Source of the DNA: the human T2T-CHM13v2.0 reference genome, Homo sapiens
Length of the DNA stretch: 64,000 nucleotides
Assembly (NCBI RefSeq): GCF_009914755.1
Contig: NC_060938.1
Reading direction: 5' to 3' (one strand)
Positions 62,716 through 64,000 of this stretch are shown here, one piece after another. Both the position numbers and the translations under genes were made by a program. The notes beneath the pieces are model-generated. The model did no database searches. It saw nothing but the letters and a program-made list of their open reading frames with translations, and was not told where the DNA came from. Each line of letters starts with the position of its first letter. Position 1 is the first letter of the stretch.

Positions 62716-63096
62716 TAGGCATTCAGACCAAAGAAGATAACCATAGCTGATGGAGCCATGACTCTCTACAATGATAACTCAATTCAAATGTGTTGCCTAA
62801 AGCTCTGGAACTGGTATTCCAACCAGCTGACCGAACTCACTGACCAGTACAGGCATGGTTATTTCAACATTAATAGCATGTCAACTGGACTCCTATTTGT
62901 AAATGTTATCAATCTAAGCAATCCAGCTCATCAGTCTACTAGTTTGCTTCTTTCCGAGAGATGTCAAGTCCTCAAGAATTTGATGGCTTCTTCTGCAGCT
63001 ATAACCACAAGGAACCTACACATTGTAACTCAAGTCCACTGCTGGCTCATGAAATGTGTAAAGTAGAACCCTCCTTCCCGAGAAATAAGACAGGAC

Positions 63097-63219
63097 AATA
63101 AAAGGTGGCGTTTTTGTACTTTACCTGGATTCCATTGGCTGGTTTTACCACTCCTATCAGATTGTAGTGTAATTGTGTGATACGCAAACCATTAGTTTTC
63201 CCAGTGATGATTTAATAAA
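63097..63219 (+). terminator. C14orf119 poly(A) signals (AATAAA at 63097 and 63214)
   Basis: Two canonical hexamers 380-500 nt past the stop. Confidence 0.65.
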
Positions 63220-63294
63220 ATTATGAAAAATCAGGAGAGGGAGATAATTAGTTGCTTCCTCCTTCACACTGTTTGAATCGAACTCGCGGTGACT

Positions 63295-63600
63295 TTTTTT
63301 TTTTTTTAAAAACATGGGTTGTCACTTAAGTTTGGAGTGCAGTGGCATGATCATCAGTGAGCGTGAGATCACTGTAACCTCAAATTCTAGGCTGAAGTAA
63401 TCTTTCTGCCTCAGTCTCCTGAGTATCTAGGACTACAGGCCCACACAACAATATCTGGCTAATTTTTAAATTATTCTGTAGATACAGGGGTCATGCTACG
63501 TTTTCTAGTCTGGTCTTGAACTGCTGGCCTCAAGCGATCCATTCTCACCTTGGCCTCCCAAAGTGCTGGGATTACAGGCATGAACCATCATACCTGGCCT
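63295..63600 (-). mobile_element. Alu (AluJ-like)
   Basis: Diverged reverse Alu. Confidence 0.85.
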
Positions 63601-64000
63601 TTTTCTAAGGCATATGTATGTGATATTCTTGGAACTGGTAGCAGGTGTTCCTATTCTGTAAGTTTGCTTTACAACAATACGAAAATAAGTGACAATTTAC
63701 AGGTTGAACAATTTATTTTTGTACCAAAATAAAGAATGGATCTTTAGAACTGTAAAACTTCACCCTTTTTTCATTGCCAGGCTATATAATATTGACAACC
63801 GGGGAAAGAGGCATTCCAAAGAAAGTAGAAATTAAGTATACACAATAGATTTTCCATCCAGTTGTCTCACAAGAAATTATTCTCTTCCTTACCCCCTGTC
63901 ATGTTCTGGGCAACATCACACCTCCCTTATTCCTCTAACTGGGACCCTTGTGCTGTGGAGCTCTGGTGAATGGTAAGAGGCAGATGGTCTCACAGGAAGA

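Overview
Primate (almost certainly human) genomic DNA from the 14q11.2 cluster PSMB11(+) - CDH24(-) - ACIN1(-) - C14orf119(+). I walked all coding exons by hand using GT/AG boundaries and phase. PSMB11 (thymoproteasome beta5t) is intronless, 300 aa. CDH24 has 12 coding exons totalling 2460 nt = 819 aa, including the 114-nt alternative exon. ACIN1 has 19 coding exons totalling 4032 nt = 1343 aa, plus the two internal first exons of the Acinus-S-type isoforms. C14orf119 is 140 aa. The rest is dense in Alu, with MIR, L2, CR1-like and DNA-transposon remnants. The most unexpected observation is a non-Alu, ~1.3 kb rod-like imperfect inverted repeat in ACIN1 intron 9 (31959-33251). It is bracketed by a candidate 3' splice site opening an in-frame 35-aa ORF and stop, and by a candidate 5' splice site followed by a U-rich tract, so it may be a structure-controlled poison-exon module. 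Other leads: C14orf119 looks like a tandem F-box-WD40 D-domain repeat; PSMB11 and CDH24 appear to have back-to-back poly(A) signals; CDH24 has a 3'UTR intron at the NMD threshold; and there is a perfect 190-bp tandem duplication inside an Alu. Repeat boundaries are approximate. Comparisons with reference proteins are from memory, not from a search.
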